Origin: a bacterium
GTDB taxonomy: Bacteria; Bacteroidota; Ignavibacteria; UBA10030
DNA length: 64,000 nucleotides
NCBI GenBank assembly: GCA_043803945.1
Contig: JAZDJN010000104.1
Coordinates: forward strand, 1 to 64,000
Direction: 5' to 3'
Below, one piece after another: positions 28,609 through 38,378 of the stretch; the first letter of the stretch is position 1, and each line of letters starts with the position of its first letter. The position numbers and the translations under genes were made by a program. The notes under the pieces were generated by a model, which was not told where the DNA came from, did no database searches, and worked only from the letters and a program-made list of their open reading frames with translations.

Positions 28609-30113
28609 CCGTTCTTTGATGGAGCAGGTTTACGCTGAATCATCGTGAGAAGCAAACTTTTTGATTTACTAAACTCTGTTGGCGTTATGACTTTCAACAG
28701 AACAATCATACATACAAACCCAAGAACCATTGCACCTTTAAGCGACCAGACCTGCCAGCCTATCATGGATGGGAGGATAAGATAAAACCCGCCAAGAATC
28801 GCCGTCGTAATAAGCGCCAGCCGTACCATCTTGTTCCATTCGTATGGAATATAATAAAACCGTTGAGAGGCATAATAAATTCCAATCGCCATCACAAGCT
28901 GCCCGAGAACGGCAGCCATTGCAGAGCCCATAATACCGAAGATTGGAATGAGCAGATAATTCAACGCAATGCTCACAGCACCCCCCGCTCCGGTCACATA
29001 GGGAATAAACGAAGTCCGTTTTTCAAGAATTACACCCACGATAAAGCTGATGTAGGCTCCCAAAAAGACATACGAGAGCAAAATAAGCGGAACAATCGTG
29101 AGCCCCTCCCAATAGGCGGGAGCAATGAAGTACGTTGTTCCGATGTGGAGACGAACGAGATCATCGATAAACAACGAAACAATTACCAGTATCGTGGAGA
29201 GAGAGATCATAAAATAAGAGAAGATTTTCGAGAACAACTCTTTTGCATTCTCGTCCTTGGCATGCGTGAGAAAAAAGGGTCTCCATGCATAGTCGAACAT
29301 TCCAACGAAAAGGAGCATGATAACGCCGAGCCGGTAATTGATCTGATAGAGGCCAACAAGATCTGCATTTTGAGTGATATGCATGAGAATTGGTTTATCA
29401 ACGACCTGGATGGCAACACCAGCAAGTCCTGCAGGAATATACGGCAGGCCGAACCGGATCAGTTCACGATAGAGCCCCTTGGGCAATCGGAAAGTTAACT
29501 GCGGAAGAGTATAGTGCAGGAGTACTAAAAAGATCAATGCCGAGGCAAGAAGGTTCGCAAGAAAAATTGCTTCTGCGGTACGCATCTTCAGTGGAACGAT
29601 AAACAGAATGTTGAATCCGACGTTGAACAGAATGTGCAGGATTCGTAATCCGGCAAATACTTTTGCCCTGTTGCTCATTCTGAGCGATGCAAAAGGAATC
29701 ACGGTCAGGGTATCGAAAAATAGAATCCACCCTGCATATTGAATCAGCGGTGCTCGAGCCGCTCCCACATTGACAAATTCCCATTCCGCAATCGGTACCG
29801 CAAAGAACGATATGAGCAGCGAGAAACAGATTGAGGATACTATCAACGAGAAGAACGGAGTACTGAAATTTTGCTTCTTATCGCCGAGCTCCAGTGTGGC
29901 GACATGACGCATGTAGGCCGACTCCATTCCATAGCTGTAAATGATGAAGGCGAACGTTACAAAGGCGTAGACATTTGCCGAAATGCCGTTTTCCGATTTG
30001 GTGAGATAGTTTGTATAGAACGGCACGAGCAGGAAGTTGATGAACCTTCCGACAATGGAACTCAATCCATAAATGACCGCTTCTTTCCCAAGTCGAAATA
30101 TCTTATCGAACAC
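28605..30113 (-). CDS. Wzx/MOP-superfamily oligosaccharide flippase
   Basis: IYGLSSIVGRFINFLLVPFYT, many TM helices, FGLP, AWRPFF, LNYLLIP.FGIMG.A.A. Confidence 0.88.
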   Translation of the reverse strand: MFDKIFRLGKEAVIYGLSSIVGRFINFLLVPFYTNYLTKSENGISANVYAFVTFAFIIYSYGMESAYMRHVATLELGDKKQNFSTPFFSLIVSSICFSLLISFFAVPIAEWEFVNVGAARAPLIQYAGWILFFDTLTVIPFASLRMSNRAKVFAGLRILHILFNVGFNILFIVPLKMRTAEAIFLANLLASALIFLVLLHYTLPQLTFRLPKGLYRELIRFGLPYIPAGLAGVAIQVVDKPILMHITQNADLVGLYQINYRLGVIMLLFVGMFDYAWRPFFLTHAKDENAKELFSKIFSYFMISLSTILVIVSLFIDDLVRLHIGTTYFIAPAYWEGLTIVPLILLSYVFLGAYISFIVGVILEKRTSFIPYVTGAGGAVSIALNYLLIPIFGIMGSAMAAVLGQLVMAIGIYYASQRFYYIPYEWNKMVRLALITTAILGGFYLILPSMIGWQVWSLKGAMVLGFVCMIVLLKVITPTEFSKSKSLLLTMIQRKPAPSKNG

Positions 30114-30193
30114 GGTCCCTGCTCAGCGAAGTTCTAAGAAGAAGGATGGAACTCAAAAGCTCCGGAAGTTGACGGCGTGACGTGGACAATGGT

Positions 30194-30364
30194 TCAATGC
30201 TTCGGTTGTTCTTGTTCATCCACCAACATCATTGGGATATCATCCTGGACCTGATAGACATGTCCGCAGGATTTGCATGTGAGGGTTTGCTGCTCCGGTG
30301 CATACTGAAGGTCGCCTTTGCATTTCGGGCAGCAGAGAATTTCGAGGAGATCAGGCTTTAGCAT
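30194..30364 (-). CDS. Trm112/YcaR family small Zn-ribbon protein
   Basis: LLEILCCPKCKGDL...C..C..YQVQDDIPMML; AAAGGA RBS. Confidence 0.88.
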   Translation of the reverse strand: MLKPDLLEILCCPKCKGDLQYAPEQQTLTCKSCGHVYQVQDDIPMMLVDEQEQPKH

Positions 30365-30788
30365 TGGATCCTTTCGACTCATTCATGGCTTCTTCGATGG
30401 CCTGAAGAAGCAGCATGGGAGCTCTTGTGGGTTTGCCGGTAGAGGCATTCAGGAAGCTGTGGACCGTGTATCCTTCAACGAGCGGTTCCGATTCACCCTC
30501 AAGAAGAATCCGGTACTCAAGGCGTATACGGGCGACCGGAGCATCGCGGATTGTTGTCTCCACGTTAATCAGATCATCATACTTTGCCGACTTGCGGTAC
30601 TTGGCAAACGCTTCGATGACCGGAAGGTAAATCCCCTGGTGCTCAATGTCCGAGTAGGGCAATCCTATCGCACGCAGTAAATCGGAACGCCCCTGCTCAA
30701 AGTACTCAAAGTACTTCCCATAATAGACAAACTTCATCTGGTCGGTGTCGGCGTAACGGACGCGAATTTGTGACGTGTGGACAATCAT
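30351..30788 (-). CDS. YbgC/FadM family acyl-CoA thioesterase
   Basis: IRVRYADTDQMKFVYYGKYFEYFEQGR hot-dog motif. Confidence 0.9.
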   Translation of the reverse strand: MIVHTSQIRVRYADTDQMKFVYYGKYFEYFEQGRSDLLRAIGLPYSDIEHQGIYLPVIEAFAKYRKSAKYDDLINVETTIRDAPVARIRLEYRILLEGESEPLVEGYTVHSFLNASTGKPTRAPMLLLQAIEEAMNESKGSNAKA

Positions 30789-30812
30789 TCAATGTTCAGG
30801 AAGTACAGCAGC

Positions 30813-31763
30813 CTATTCTTCCCATTCCCCCATTTGTGAAAATTTTTCCACCCTATTGGCGAGAAGTTTTTCAACCTTAAGTTTTTTCAATACCTTGAGT
30901 TCATCCAGCAGTATCTTCTTTAATGTCAGGGCGGCAAGTTCATGGTTACGATGCGCCCCCCCCGGCGGTTCGGGAACAATGCGATCAACAATTCCCTGTT
31001 CGAAAAGATCTTTTGCACTCAACTTCAGTGCCTCGGCTGCTTGCTCTTTATACTCCCAACTGCGCCAGAGAATACTGGAACATGACTCCGGTGCAATCAC
31101 TGAGTACCAAGCATTTTCAAACATCAGGATCCGATCGCCAATACCAATCCCCAATGCTCCCCCCGATGCTCCTTCACCGATAATAACAACAATCAATGGA
31201 ACAGGCAGATGCGACATTTCAAAAAGATTTCTGGCAATCGCTTCGGCCTGGCCCCGCTCCTCTGCTTCAAGGCCCGGGTATGCCCCCGGTGTATCGAGGA
31301 GGGTAATGACAGGCTTTCCAAATTTTGCAGCCATTTTCATCAGCCTCAGTGCTTTTCGATATCCCTCGGGATTCATCATACCGAAGTTCCGGTACAGATT
31401 CGACTTTGTATCCCGTCCTTTTTGCTGCCCGATGATCATCACTGTCTCACCATCGAGGCTTGCAAATCCACCCACCGCGGCTTTATCGTCGCCATAACAA
31501 CGATCGCCATGCAATTCGACGAAATCCTGTGTCATATGGTGAATATAATCGAGCGTGTATGGTCTATCCGGGTGCCTGGCAAGCTGCACACGCTGCCATC
31601 GTGTTAAATTTGAAAAGATTGAATCTCTCAACTGATCAACCTTTTTCTCGAGTGTGGTAATTTCATGAGCGATATCGAGATTATCAGCATACTTTCTCAT
31701 TTCAGCAATTTTTACTTCCAACTCGAGAATCGGATTTTCAAAATCCAATGACAATTTTGCCAT
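30813..31763 (-). CDS. accA: Acetyl-CoA carboxylase carboxyltransferase alpha subunit
   Basis: [46 protein letters not shown]. Confidence 0.97.
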   Translation of the reverse strand: MAKLSLDFENPILELEVKIAEMRKYADNLDIAHEITTLEKKVDQLRDSIFSNLTRWQRVQLARHPDRPYTLDYIHHMTQDFVELHGDRCYGDDKAAVGGFASLDGETVMIIGQQKGRDTKSNLYRNFGMMNPEGYRKALRLMKMAAKFGKPVITLLDTPGAYPGLEAEERGQAEAIARNLFEMSHLPVPLIVVIIGEGASGGALGIGIGDRILMFENAWYSVIAPESCSSILWRSWEYKEQAAEALKLSAKDLFEQGIVDRIVPEPPGGAHRNHELAALTLKKILLDELKVLKKLKVEKLLANRVEKFSQMGEWEE

Positions 31764-31777
31764 AGAGAGATCCCTTA

Positions 31778-33916
31778 TTATTTCTTCCCTGCTGTTCTTC
31801 TCCGCTGTCGTCTGCTATCAGCCGGTGAAACGGCCTTAACCGGTTTCTGTGATTGAGGAATCACAAATCCTTCCCAGAGCTTTTCATTCCGAAGCCATTT
31901 CAGGAAGGTTTTAAGGATGATCTCGATATCGACAACAGGTGAATAATTCTTTGCATAATAGAGATTGAGCTGATCAATCTCCTCCTTCGTCAGAGCCCGA
32001 TCTCCCTGAAGTTGAACCAAACCTGTGATCGCGGGCTTTCCAAGAAATAACGGTGGTTGAGATTGACTGGTAAACGCATCTGATGAGACGTTTCCTATCG
32101 GAGGCCCGACAAAACTCAACGAGCCGCCAAAGATCCGGGGACACTGGGCAATAATAATCGACTTTGAATTGCCCGTCAAAATTCTCTTTAAATATACAAA
32201 AGGATATCCGCAAATCAATAGGAGCAATGAGAGAGAACCATCGAGAATTCGCTTAAAAAGCTGGCTTCCGGCTTTCTCAAGGTTATATGAAATCTGAACG
32301 AGGGGCAGTTCATTCAATGAATCGACACTCCCTTTACCAATGATAACTTCCATCGTTGTTGGTACCAGATGAAAGCTGACTGACTGTTCGGGTGTCCGGC
32401 TGATGATGGAGAGGATTTCCGTAAAGGAAAGCGTTTGCGTGGAGAAAATGACTTCATTCACCCGTCGTTCACGGATGACTTTGCCGATGTTATCGATGCT
32501 CCCCAGAATTGGGACTCCGGAAATTTCTTCACCTATCCGTTTGCGTGTGACGTCGATAAAGCCGATGATATCGTACCCATCACTAATGCGGCTTCGAAGC
32601 CGCCGGTGAATCTCCAGCGCCGAGTCATCCGTACCCACAATGAGCGTTCGACGTCCAAAGAGACTTTTCCTGCCTTCTGATGTTGATCTCCCTAATACCC
32701 TTGATAATAATCGCCAGGAGGGAAGAAGGAGAATGCTCAACATGCCCGCAATGATGGTCACACCTCGGCTGAAACCATAATCTTTAAAGAAAAATACAAG
32801 CGCAGAAATAATGACGAAGCTCAGCAGGGTTGCAACCATCGTTCTCAAAACGGACATCCGCCGATGGGTATAGACACCGGCAGCATAGAGACTCGCAATA
32901 ACAATCACCGCAGGTATGGTATAAATGATCGGATACCCGTAACTCGGCAGCCTCCAAAACTCACCGAACCAGATGAGTTCTGCTACCAAGAGGCTGATAT
33001 CGACAACAAGAATATCGATAAGAGCAAGAGAGAGCGGGCGAAGTGCTGTCTTGAGCAAAGCAATCCATGCCGACAGACTGATAGCAAGACGCAGCATCGA
33101 AACGAAGAAGCGTGATTGATTGAAATGCTTTCGGACGAACAGATGCATCGCCTTATAAAATGTCCGGACTTCATCAATGCTGCTTCGCTTAGTACTCTCC
33201 CCTTTATAATGAATGATCTTCGTTGTGTGGACGTAAAAATTCTTCCATCCCGCTTGTTGGATACGGTAACACCAGTCGAGATCTTCACCATACATGAAAA
33301 ACTCTTCATCCAGCCCGCCCACCTGGTCATAGACCTCCCGCCGGATCATCATGAACGAGCCGCTGACAGCATCGAGTTCGTATGTTTCTTCCGGGCTGAG
33401 GTACGTCAGATTGTACCTGCCGAATATCCTGGAGTTCGGAAAGAGTGAGCTTAATCCGGACATCTTCGTGAAGGCAATCCAGGGCGTCGGAAAACTTCTC
33501 CTGCATGGCAGTTGAAAACTTCCATCAGGATTGATGATTTTGCAGCCGGCAAGCCCAACTTCGGCGTTCTCCTCAAAGAAGTTCAGCATCGTATGAAGTG
33601 TATCTTCCTGGACCAGTGTATCCGGATTGATCAGGAGCAGATAACGCCCTTTGGCTTTTTGCAAGGCGATATTATTCGCCTTGGCAAAACCGACATTTCT
33701 CTCGTTGGCAATCAGAACGACCGAGGGAAATCGTTCACGGACCATCTCCACACTACCATCATCGGAGGCATTGTCGACAACAATGATCTCGCCACGAATC
33801 CCTTTCAGAGCTTTCTGCAGGGAAAGGAGCGATTGATGAAGAAAGTCGCGCACATTGTAATTAACAATGATAATCGAAACCTGCAGTGCGGATCTCTGTG
33901 TTGGCTTACTTGCCAT
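31778..33916 (-). CDS. GT2 glycosyltransferase fused to a WcaJ-like membrane/CoA-binding module and a degenerate phosphoglycosyl transferase domain
   Basis: [34 protein letters not shown]; then TM helices, [24 protein letters not shown]. Confidence 0.85.
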   Translation of the reverse strand: MASKPTQRSALQVSIIIVNYNVRDFLHQSLLSLQKALKGIRGEIIVVDNASDDGSVEMVRERFPSVVLIANERNVGFAKANNIALQKAKGRYLLLINPDTLVQEDTLHTMLNFFEENAEVGLAGCKIINPDGSFQLPCRRSFPTPWIAFTKMSGLSSLFPNSRIFGRYNLTYLSPEETYELDAVSGSFMMIRREVYDQVGGLDEEFFMYGEDLDWCYRIQQAGWKNFYVHTTKIIHYKGESTKRSSIDEVRTFYKAMHLFVRKHFNQSRFFVSMLRLAISLSAWIALLKTALRPLSLALIDILVVDISLLVAELIWFGEFWRLPSYGYPIIYTIPAVIVIASLYAAGVYTHRRMSVLRTMVATLLSFVIISALVFFFKDYGFSRGVTIIAGMLSILLLPSWRLLSRVLGRSTSEGRKSLFGRRTLIVGTDDSALEIHRRLRSRISDGYDIIGFIDVTRKRIGEEISGVPILGSIDNIGKVIRERRVNEVIFSTQTLSFTEILSIISRTPEQSVSFHLVPTTMEVIIGKGSVDSLNELPLVQISYNLEKAGSQLFKRILDGSLSLLLLICGYPFVYLKRILTGNSKSIIIAQCPRIFGGSLSFVGPPIGNVSSDAFTSQSQPPLFLGKPAITGLVQLQGDRALTKEEIDQLNLYYAKNYSPVVDIEIILKTFLKWLRNEKLWEGFVIPQSQKPVKAVSPADSRRQRRRTAGKK

Positions 33917-34643
33917 GAGGCCGCTGTTCCCGTTTTGAAAAAAGGCTTTGAATCTTCAGCTTCCAGACGAGCCAGGCAGCTTCATAAATGATGTTCTTCG
34001 ACATTTTTGAAACACCAACCCGGCGATCAAAAAAGACGATCGGGTGCTCGGTAAGACGAAATCCCTTATGCCACGCCAGAAAGTTCATTTCGATCTGGAA
34101 CGCATAACCATTGGAGTGAATCGCATCGAGGTTGATATGCTCGAGTACTATTCTCCTGAAACATTTAAATCCTCCCGTTGCGTCATAAACAGGCATTCCG
34201 GTAATGATTCTTGTATAGACATTTGCGGAATAGCTCAGGATCAGCCGCTTCAAAGGCCAGTTCACAACATTCACCCCTGACTTATACCGGGAACCGATAA
34301 CAAGATCATAATCCTGAGTTTTGGCCAGAAGGTTTGGGAGTTCCTTTGGATCGTGGGAGAAATCAGCATCCATTTCAAAGACAAAATCAAAATTATGAGA
34401 GAGGGCGAATTTAAAACCGGCAACGTAGGCTGTGCCCAATCCCATTTTTCTCGGCCGCTCTAGTAAATGAATACGCGGTTCCTTCTGCTGCATCGTCTTT
34501 ACTAATTGCCCCGTTCCATCGGGCGAATTGTCGTCTACAATTAATACTTCAAATTCCGGATTCAACCCAAGGATTTCGGGGATAAGCGTTGGCAGATTAT
34601 CTGCTTCATCGTATGTCGGTATTACTATTAATGAGCGCGCCAT
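33906..34643 (-). CDS. Polyprenol monophosphomannose synthase (DPM1-like GT2)
   Basis: IPTY, VDDNSPDGTG, GLGTAY, EMDADFSHDP, GSRY, DATGGFKC, GYAFQIEM, SKMS. Confidence 0.92.
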   Translation of the reverse strand: MARSLIVIPTYDEADNLPTLIPEILGLNPEFEVLIVDDNSPDGTGQLVKTMQQKEPRIHLLERPRKMGLGTAYVAGFKFALSHNFDFVFEMDADFSHDPKELPNLLAKTQDYDLVIGSRYKSGVNVVNWPLKRLILSYSANVYTRIITGMPVYDATGGFKCFRRIVLEHINLDAIHSNGYAFQIEMNFLAWHKGFRLTEHPIVFFDRRVGVSKMSKNIIYEAAWLVWKLKIQSLFSKREQRPHGK

Positions 34644-34723
34644 AATAAAGTCAACCTTCATTCAGTAGTACTTGTTTATGTCCTGTTTCCATCTTTCATA
34701 CAAATCTGAGTAGTCAATTTCAC

Positions 34724-36139
34724 TTACGTGTGCCCTTTGCCTGTAATCATGACGTAGACAGTATTGAAGAGAATCTTCAAATCCATTCTCCATGACATAT
34801 TCTCGATATAAAAGAGATCGTATTTCAATTTTGTTCGGACATCGTCAATCGATTCATCGTACTTGTATTTCACCTGAGCCCAGCCGGTAATGCCCGGCCG
34901 TACCTTAAGACGACGCTTATAGAGAGGAAGTTCCTCTGAAAGTTTCTCGACAAAATAGGATCGTTCAGGCCTCGGTCCGACAAGACTCATATCGCCCATC
35001 AAGACATTGATGAATTGCGGTATTTCATCAATATGCAGTTTTCGAAGGATTTTTCCTACCCGGGTAACCCGCGGGTCTTTCTTTTGTGCCCAAACCGGAC
35101 CAGAGTGTTTTTCCGCATCAGACCGCATAGAACGAAACTTAAAGATTTTAAACAACTTCCCGTTTCGGCCGACACGTTCCTGTCTGTAGAGGACTGTACC
35201 CTTTGATTCAAGTTTGATGATGATGGCCACAAGGAGCCATACCGGCAAACCGATGATGAGGATGAAAATGGAGATGAGAACGTCAAGAACACGTTTCAAG
35301 GATTCTTCCCACGGCTTCAACAACTGTGGCATCACCTCAATAAGAGGGAAGCCGTAGATCGAACTCAATCGAGCCTGTCCGCTGACGATATCATACATAT
35401 CCGGCATGATTTTTAATCCGACTTCGAATCCGCTGCATCGGCTGATAATATCGAGTAGTCTTCCATGTTCAGTGGAATCCAATCCGATCAGCACTTCTCT
35501 GATGGTATACTGTTCCAGAAGTCTTGGCAAATCGCCGACTTCCCCGACCACCGGGATCCCTTTGTACTCCAACTGTTTGGTTTTCTTCTGGGTTTGATGC
35601 TGCTTCACGTGAGCAAAACCAACCAGCTTATAGCCGAGCGCGGGAAATTTCAGAACCATATCGCACAGCTCGAACGCCTTATGCGACCATCCGACGATAA
35701 GTGTGTTCCTCGCCCCAATACCGGATTCGAGAAGGCGACGCTGTATCGCACGTATTGTTAGACGGCCAACGGTGACAAATATGAACAGAAGAAGCCAATA
35801 GGCCAGAATGACGTACCTGGACCTCACCTCCTGATTGGCAGCATCATCATCAAGGAAGATCAGAAAAAAGAGAGTCAGGACTCCAAATCCCGTTGTACGA
35901 AATATCGTGATGATTTCATCAAGACGCGACTGGGCGTACCACGATCTATTTAATCCAAAGAACGCAAAGAGAGCCAGCCAGTAAAGATAAACGGCAGCCA
36001 TCGGAAGAAGTAATTCCGGTTCAATCGGATAATCGAACCACCCGCTTCGAATACGCAGACTATAGAAGATCATATAGGCCGCGTTCAGCGTCAGGAAATC
36101 CAGAACAAGAAGCAGCTGCCGTTCAGTCCGTCGAGTCAT
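34724..36139 (-). CDS. Undecaprenyl-phosphate phosphoglycosyl transferase (WcaJ/WbaP-type initiating enzyme)
   Basis: Four N-terminal TMs; KRVLD, QERVG, KFRSM, DPRVT, DEIPQ, GDMSLVGPRPE, RPGITGWAQV. Confidence 0.93.
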   Translation of the reverse strand: MTRRTERQLLLVLDFLTLNAAYMIFYSLRIRSGWFDYPIEPELLLPMAAVYLYWLALFAFFGLNRSWYAQSRLDEIITIFRTTGFGVLTLFFLIFLDDDAANQEVRSRYVILAYWLLLFIFVTVGRLTIRAIQRRLLESGIGARNTLIVGWSHKAFELCDMVLKFPALGYKLVGFAHVKQHQTQKKTKQLEYKGIPVVGEVGDLPRLLEQYTIREVLIGLDSTEHGRLLDIISRCSGFEVGLKIMPDMYDIVSGQARLSSIYGFPLIEVMPQLLKPWEESLKRVLDVLISIFILIIGLPVWLLVAIIIKLESKGTVLYRQERVGRNGKLFKIFKFRSMRSDAEKHSGPVWAQKKDPRVTRVGKILRKLHIDEIPQFINVLMGDMSLVGPRPERSYFVEKLSEELPLYKRRLKVRPGITGWAQVKYKYDESIDDVRTKLKYDLFYIENMSWRMDLKILFNTVYVMITGKGHT

Positions 36140-36927
36140 CGTTTATAGGAAAGTGTTCCGTGATATTTGGTAAAGAGATAGAAAATACCCTTCAGATGCC
36201 GCCACATCAGTGCCGAGAAAAAATTTTTCTTTGTGATCCTCTGTTCGTGATGAATGATCGCAGTGTCGGCAAGATAGACGACGTCCCATCCGGCCCGATG
36301 CATGCGCAGGCAATAATCGATGTCTTCCGGGCCATAGAATATTTTTTCATCCAGCAAACCGATGTGGTCCATGGCTGTCCGCCGAATCATCTGACATGCT
36401 CCGATCACATAATCGACAGATCGCGTGTCGCTCCGATCCCAATCGGCCATCTCATGGTAACGCAAGGAGGCACTCTGCCGCGCCCATTCCAGAAATTCCA
36501 AACGCCTCATAAGAAAGGAGAGCGGAGTGGGAAATCGACGGGCACTGGGTTGCACAGAGCCATCAGGAAATGTGAGTTTGCAGCCGCATAGTCCCACCGA
36601 TGGATGCCGGTCAAGATATTCAACTAATTGCAGAAGAGAATTTTCTTTCAACTGCATATCCGCATCAAGTGTCACAACATAAGTCCCAAGTGCAATTCTG
36701 AACGCTTGATTTCGAGCCGGGGCGACACCTCGATTTTCTTGATTGCGTATTAAACGAGCATCAGAGAACTCTTGCTCCACCATCTCCGATGTTCCGTCCT
36801 GCGAATTATTATCCACAATGATGATTTCGTAGGCCATGCCTGTGGTGCACTGTCTGATCGAGACGAGCAGATCACGCAGCATCTGTTTCATTTTCCAGGA
36901 AATAATGATAATTGAGAGCCGAAGCAT
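36136..36927 (-). CDS. GT2 glycosyltransferase (rhamnosyltransferase-like)
   Basis: VDNNSQDG, LDAD, DYVIGAC, FYGPEDIDYC. Confidence 0.88.
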   Translation of the reverse strand: MLRLSIIIISWKMKQMLRDLLVSIRQCTTGMAYEIIIVDNNSQDGTSEMVEQEFSDARLIRNQENRGVAPARNQAFRIALGTYVVTLDADMQLKENSLLQLVEYLDRHPSVGLCGCKLTFPDGSVQPSARRFPTPLSFLMRRLEFLEWARQSASLRYHEMADWDRSDTRSVDYVIGACQMIRRTAMDHIGLLDEKIFYGPEDIDYCLRMHRAGWDVVYLADTAIIHHEQRITKKNFFSALMWRHLKGIFYLFTKYHGTLSYKR

Positions 36928-36929
36928 AA

Positions 36930-38366
36930 TTACACTTCCTTTTGTGTCAGAACCGTTTCACCATGATGGAGGCGTTCGGCAACAACCAGGGTAATCCCCA
37001 GTCCGATCCAAAAATGCGGTTCAAACATTTGATCAAGCGTTAGACTCATAAACAGAAACGAGCCTAGCGATATACTTAATGAGAATATAAGTGTTTTTTC
37101 TTCAGACCTGCGAGCCTTCTGAACAGCAACCACCATATACCAGATCAGGAAACCTACAAAGAGGAGCGCTGGAACCATTCCGAGGATACCCGTTTCGGCG
37201 AGAATACGCAATGCAGTGTTGTGGGCTGATCGTCCAAATCCAGTAGAAAGATTGCTCCCTTGATAGCTGTTAAATGTTTTTTCAAACGCACCAAATCCTA
37301 CCCCGAGAACCGGATGAGATTCTATCATGCGTTGAGTCACATCGAAGATGGTCATCCGCTGATCAAGTGAAGCATCCTTTCCAGAAACGACTGATTCCAC
37401 CCGGCGGGAGAGGGTAAAGAGATCGATCATCTTCCCTCCTGCATCAGTAAAAAGTAAGAGGCTAATGAGGCTAAGGAATGTGATCAGTATCATCGGTCCA
37501 ATAAATTTTCGCGATCCCTGCTGATACTGAAAAACAAATGCAACGAATCCAATCACCAGCAGCAAGAGCACGAGCAATGCGGAGCGAGAAACGGTGGCTA
37601 TAATAGTCACCACCAGAACCAGCGCCCCTCCGATCAAGAAGAGCCGCTCGGCTCTTCGGACGACCAGAAACAACAGTCCTCCTCCGAGAGCCAGGGCCAT
37701 CAACAGGTATGACGCATAATAATTTACATCCTGGAAGAGGCTAAAATATGCGCGCCCGACCAATACCTGGAAAATGGAGCGGCTGGCGTATGTCTCGAAA
37801 ATTCCGTAAAGACTCACCAGCATAGCAACGATGACAAACGTCTTTATCAGTGCAAGAAGAAATGATGAAGAATAGTATGTACGCAGATAATAATATACTC
37901 CCGCACTGATGAGGATGCTGCCAAATAGCTGAACAAGTGCTTTGAGGCTTTCCAGCAGAGCGCTGGAGTTTATAATACTCGGGATGAACGCTGCCAGCAT
38001 AAGTAACGACAAAGGAAGCACGGGGATTTTTCCGATTTCCATACCCTGAAGAATGACTATCCTCCAGAGAAAGAAGAAAATAAATACTGCAGCATAGATA
38101 TCGAATAATCCAAATCCTCCAAACGATGCAGTACCAAATCCTGCATGTGCAAGCGGCATAAGTCCGATGAGGACAAACAGTCGGATGTGAGGCTTGCCGC
38201 TTACACCCAGCGCCAGGAGCGCTGCAAAGCCTGCCAGAACATACATAATGTTCCCTGTAATCCAGAGGAGCGCCAAGAAGAGAAGCGCAACGCCAAGCGT
38301 CAGAGTCCAGTACAACCAATCATATCGTACTGCAAACGGCTGATTATGGACGAGAGGTTCTTTCAT
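36930..38366 (-). CDS. O-antigen ligase / Wzy polymerase family membrane protein
   Basis: Multi-TM; ATVSRSA, HPVLGVGFG, SAHNTALRILAETGILG. Confidence 0.85.
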   Translation of the reverse strand: MKEPLVHNQPFAVRYDWLYWTLTLGVALLFLALLWITGNIMYVLAGFAALLALGVSGKPHIRLFVLIGLMPLAHAGFGTASFGGFGLFDIYAAVFIFFFLWRIVILQGMEIGKIPVLPLSLLMLAAFIPSIINSSALLESLKALVQLFGSILISAGVYYYLRTYYSSSFLLALIKTFVIVAMLVSLYGIFETYASRSIFQVLVGRAYFSLFQDVNYYASYLLMALALGGGLLFLVVRRAERLFLIGGALVLVVTIIATVSRSALLVLLLLVIGFVAFVFQYQQGSRKFIGPMILITFLSLISLLLFTDAGGKMIDLFTLSRRVESVVSGKDASLDQRMTIFDVTQRMIESHPVLGVGFGAFEKTFNSYQGSNLSTGFGRSAHNTALRILAETGILGMVPALLFVGFLIWYMVVAVQKARRSEEKTLIFSLSISLGSFLFMSLTLDQMFEPHFWIGLGITLVVAERLHHGETVLTQKEV

Positions 38367-38378
38367 GGCATTTTCTTC

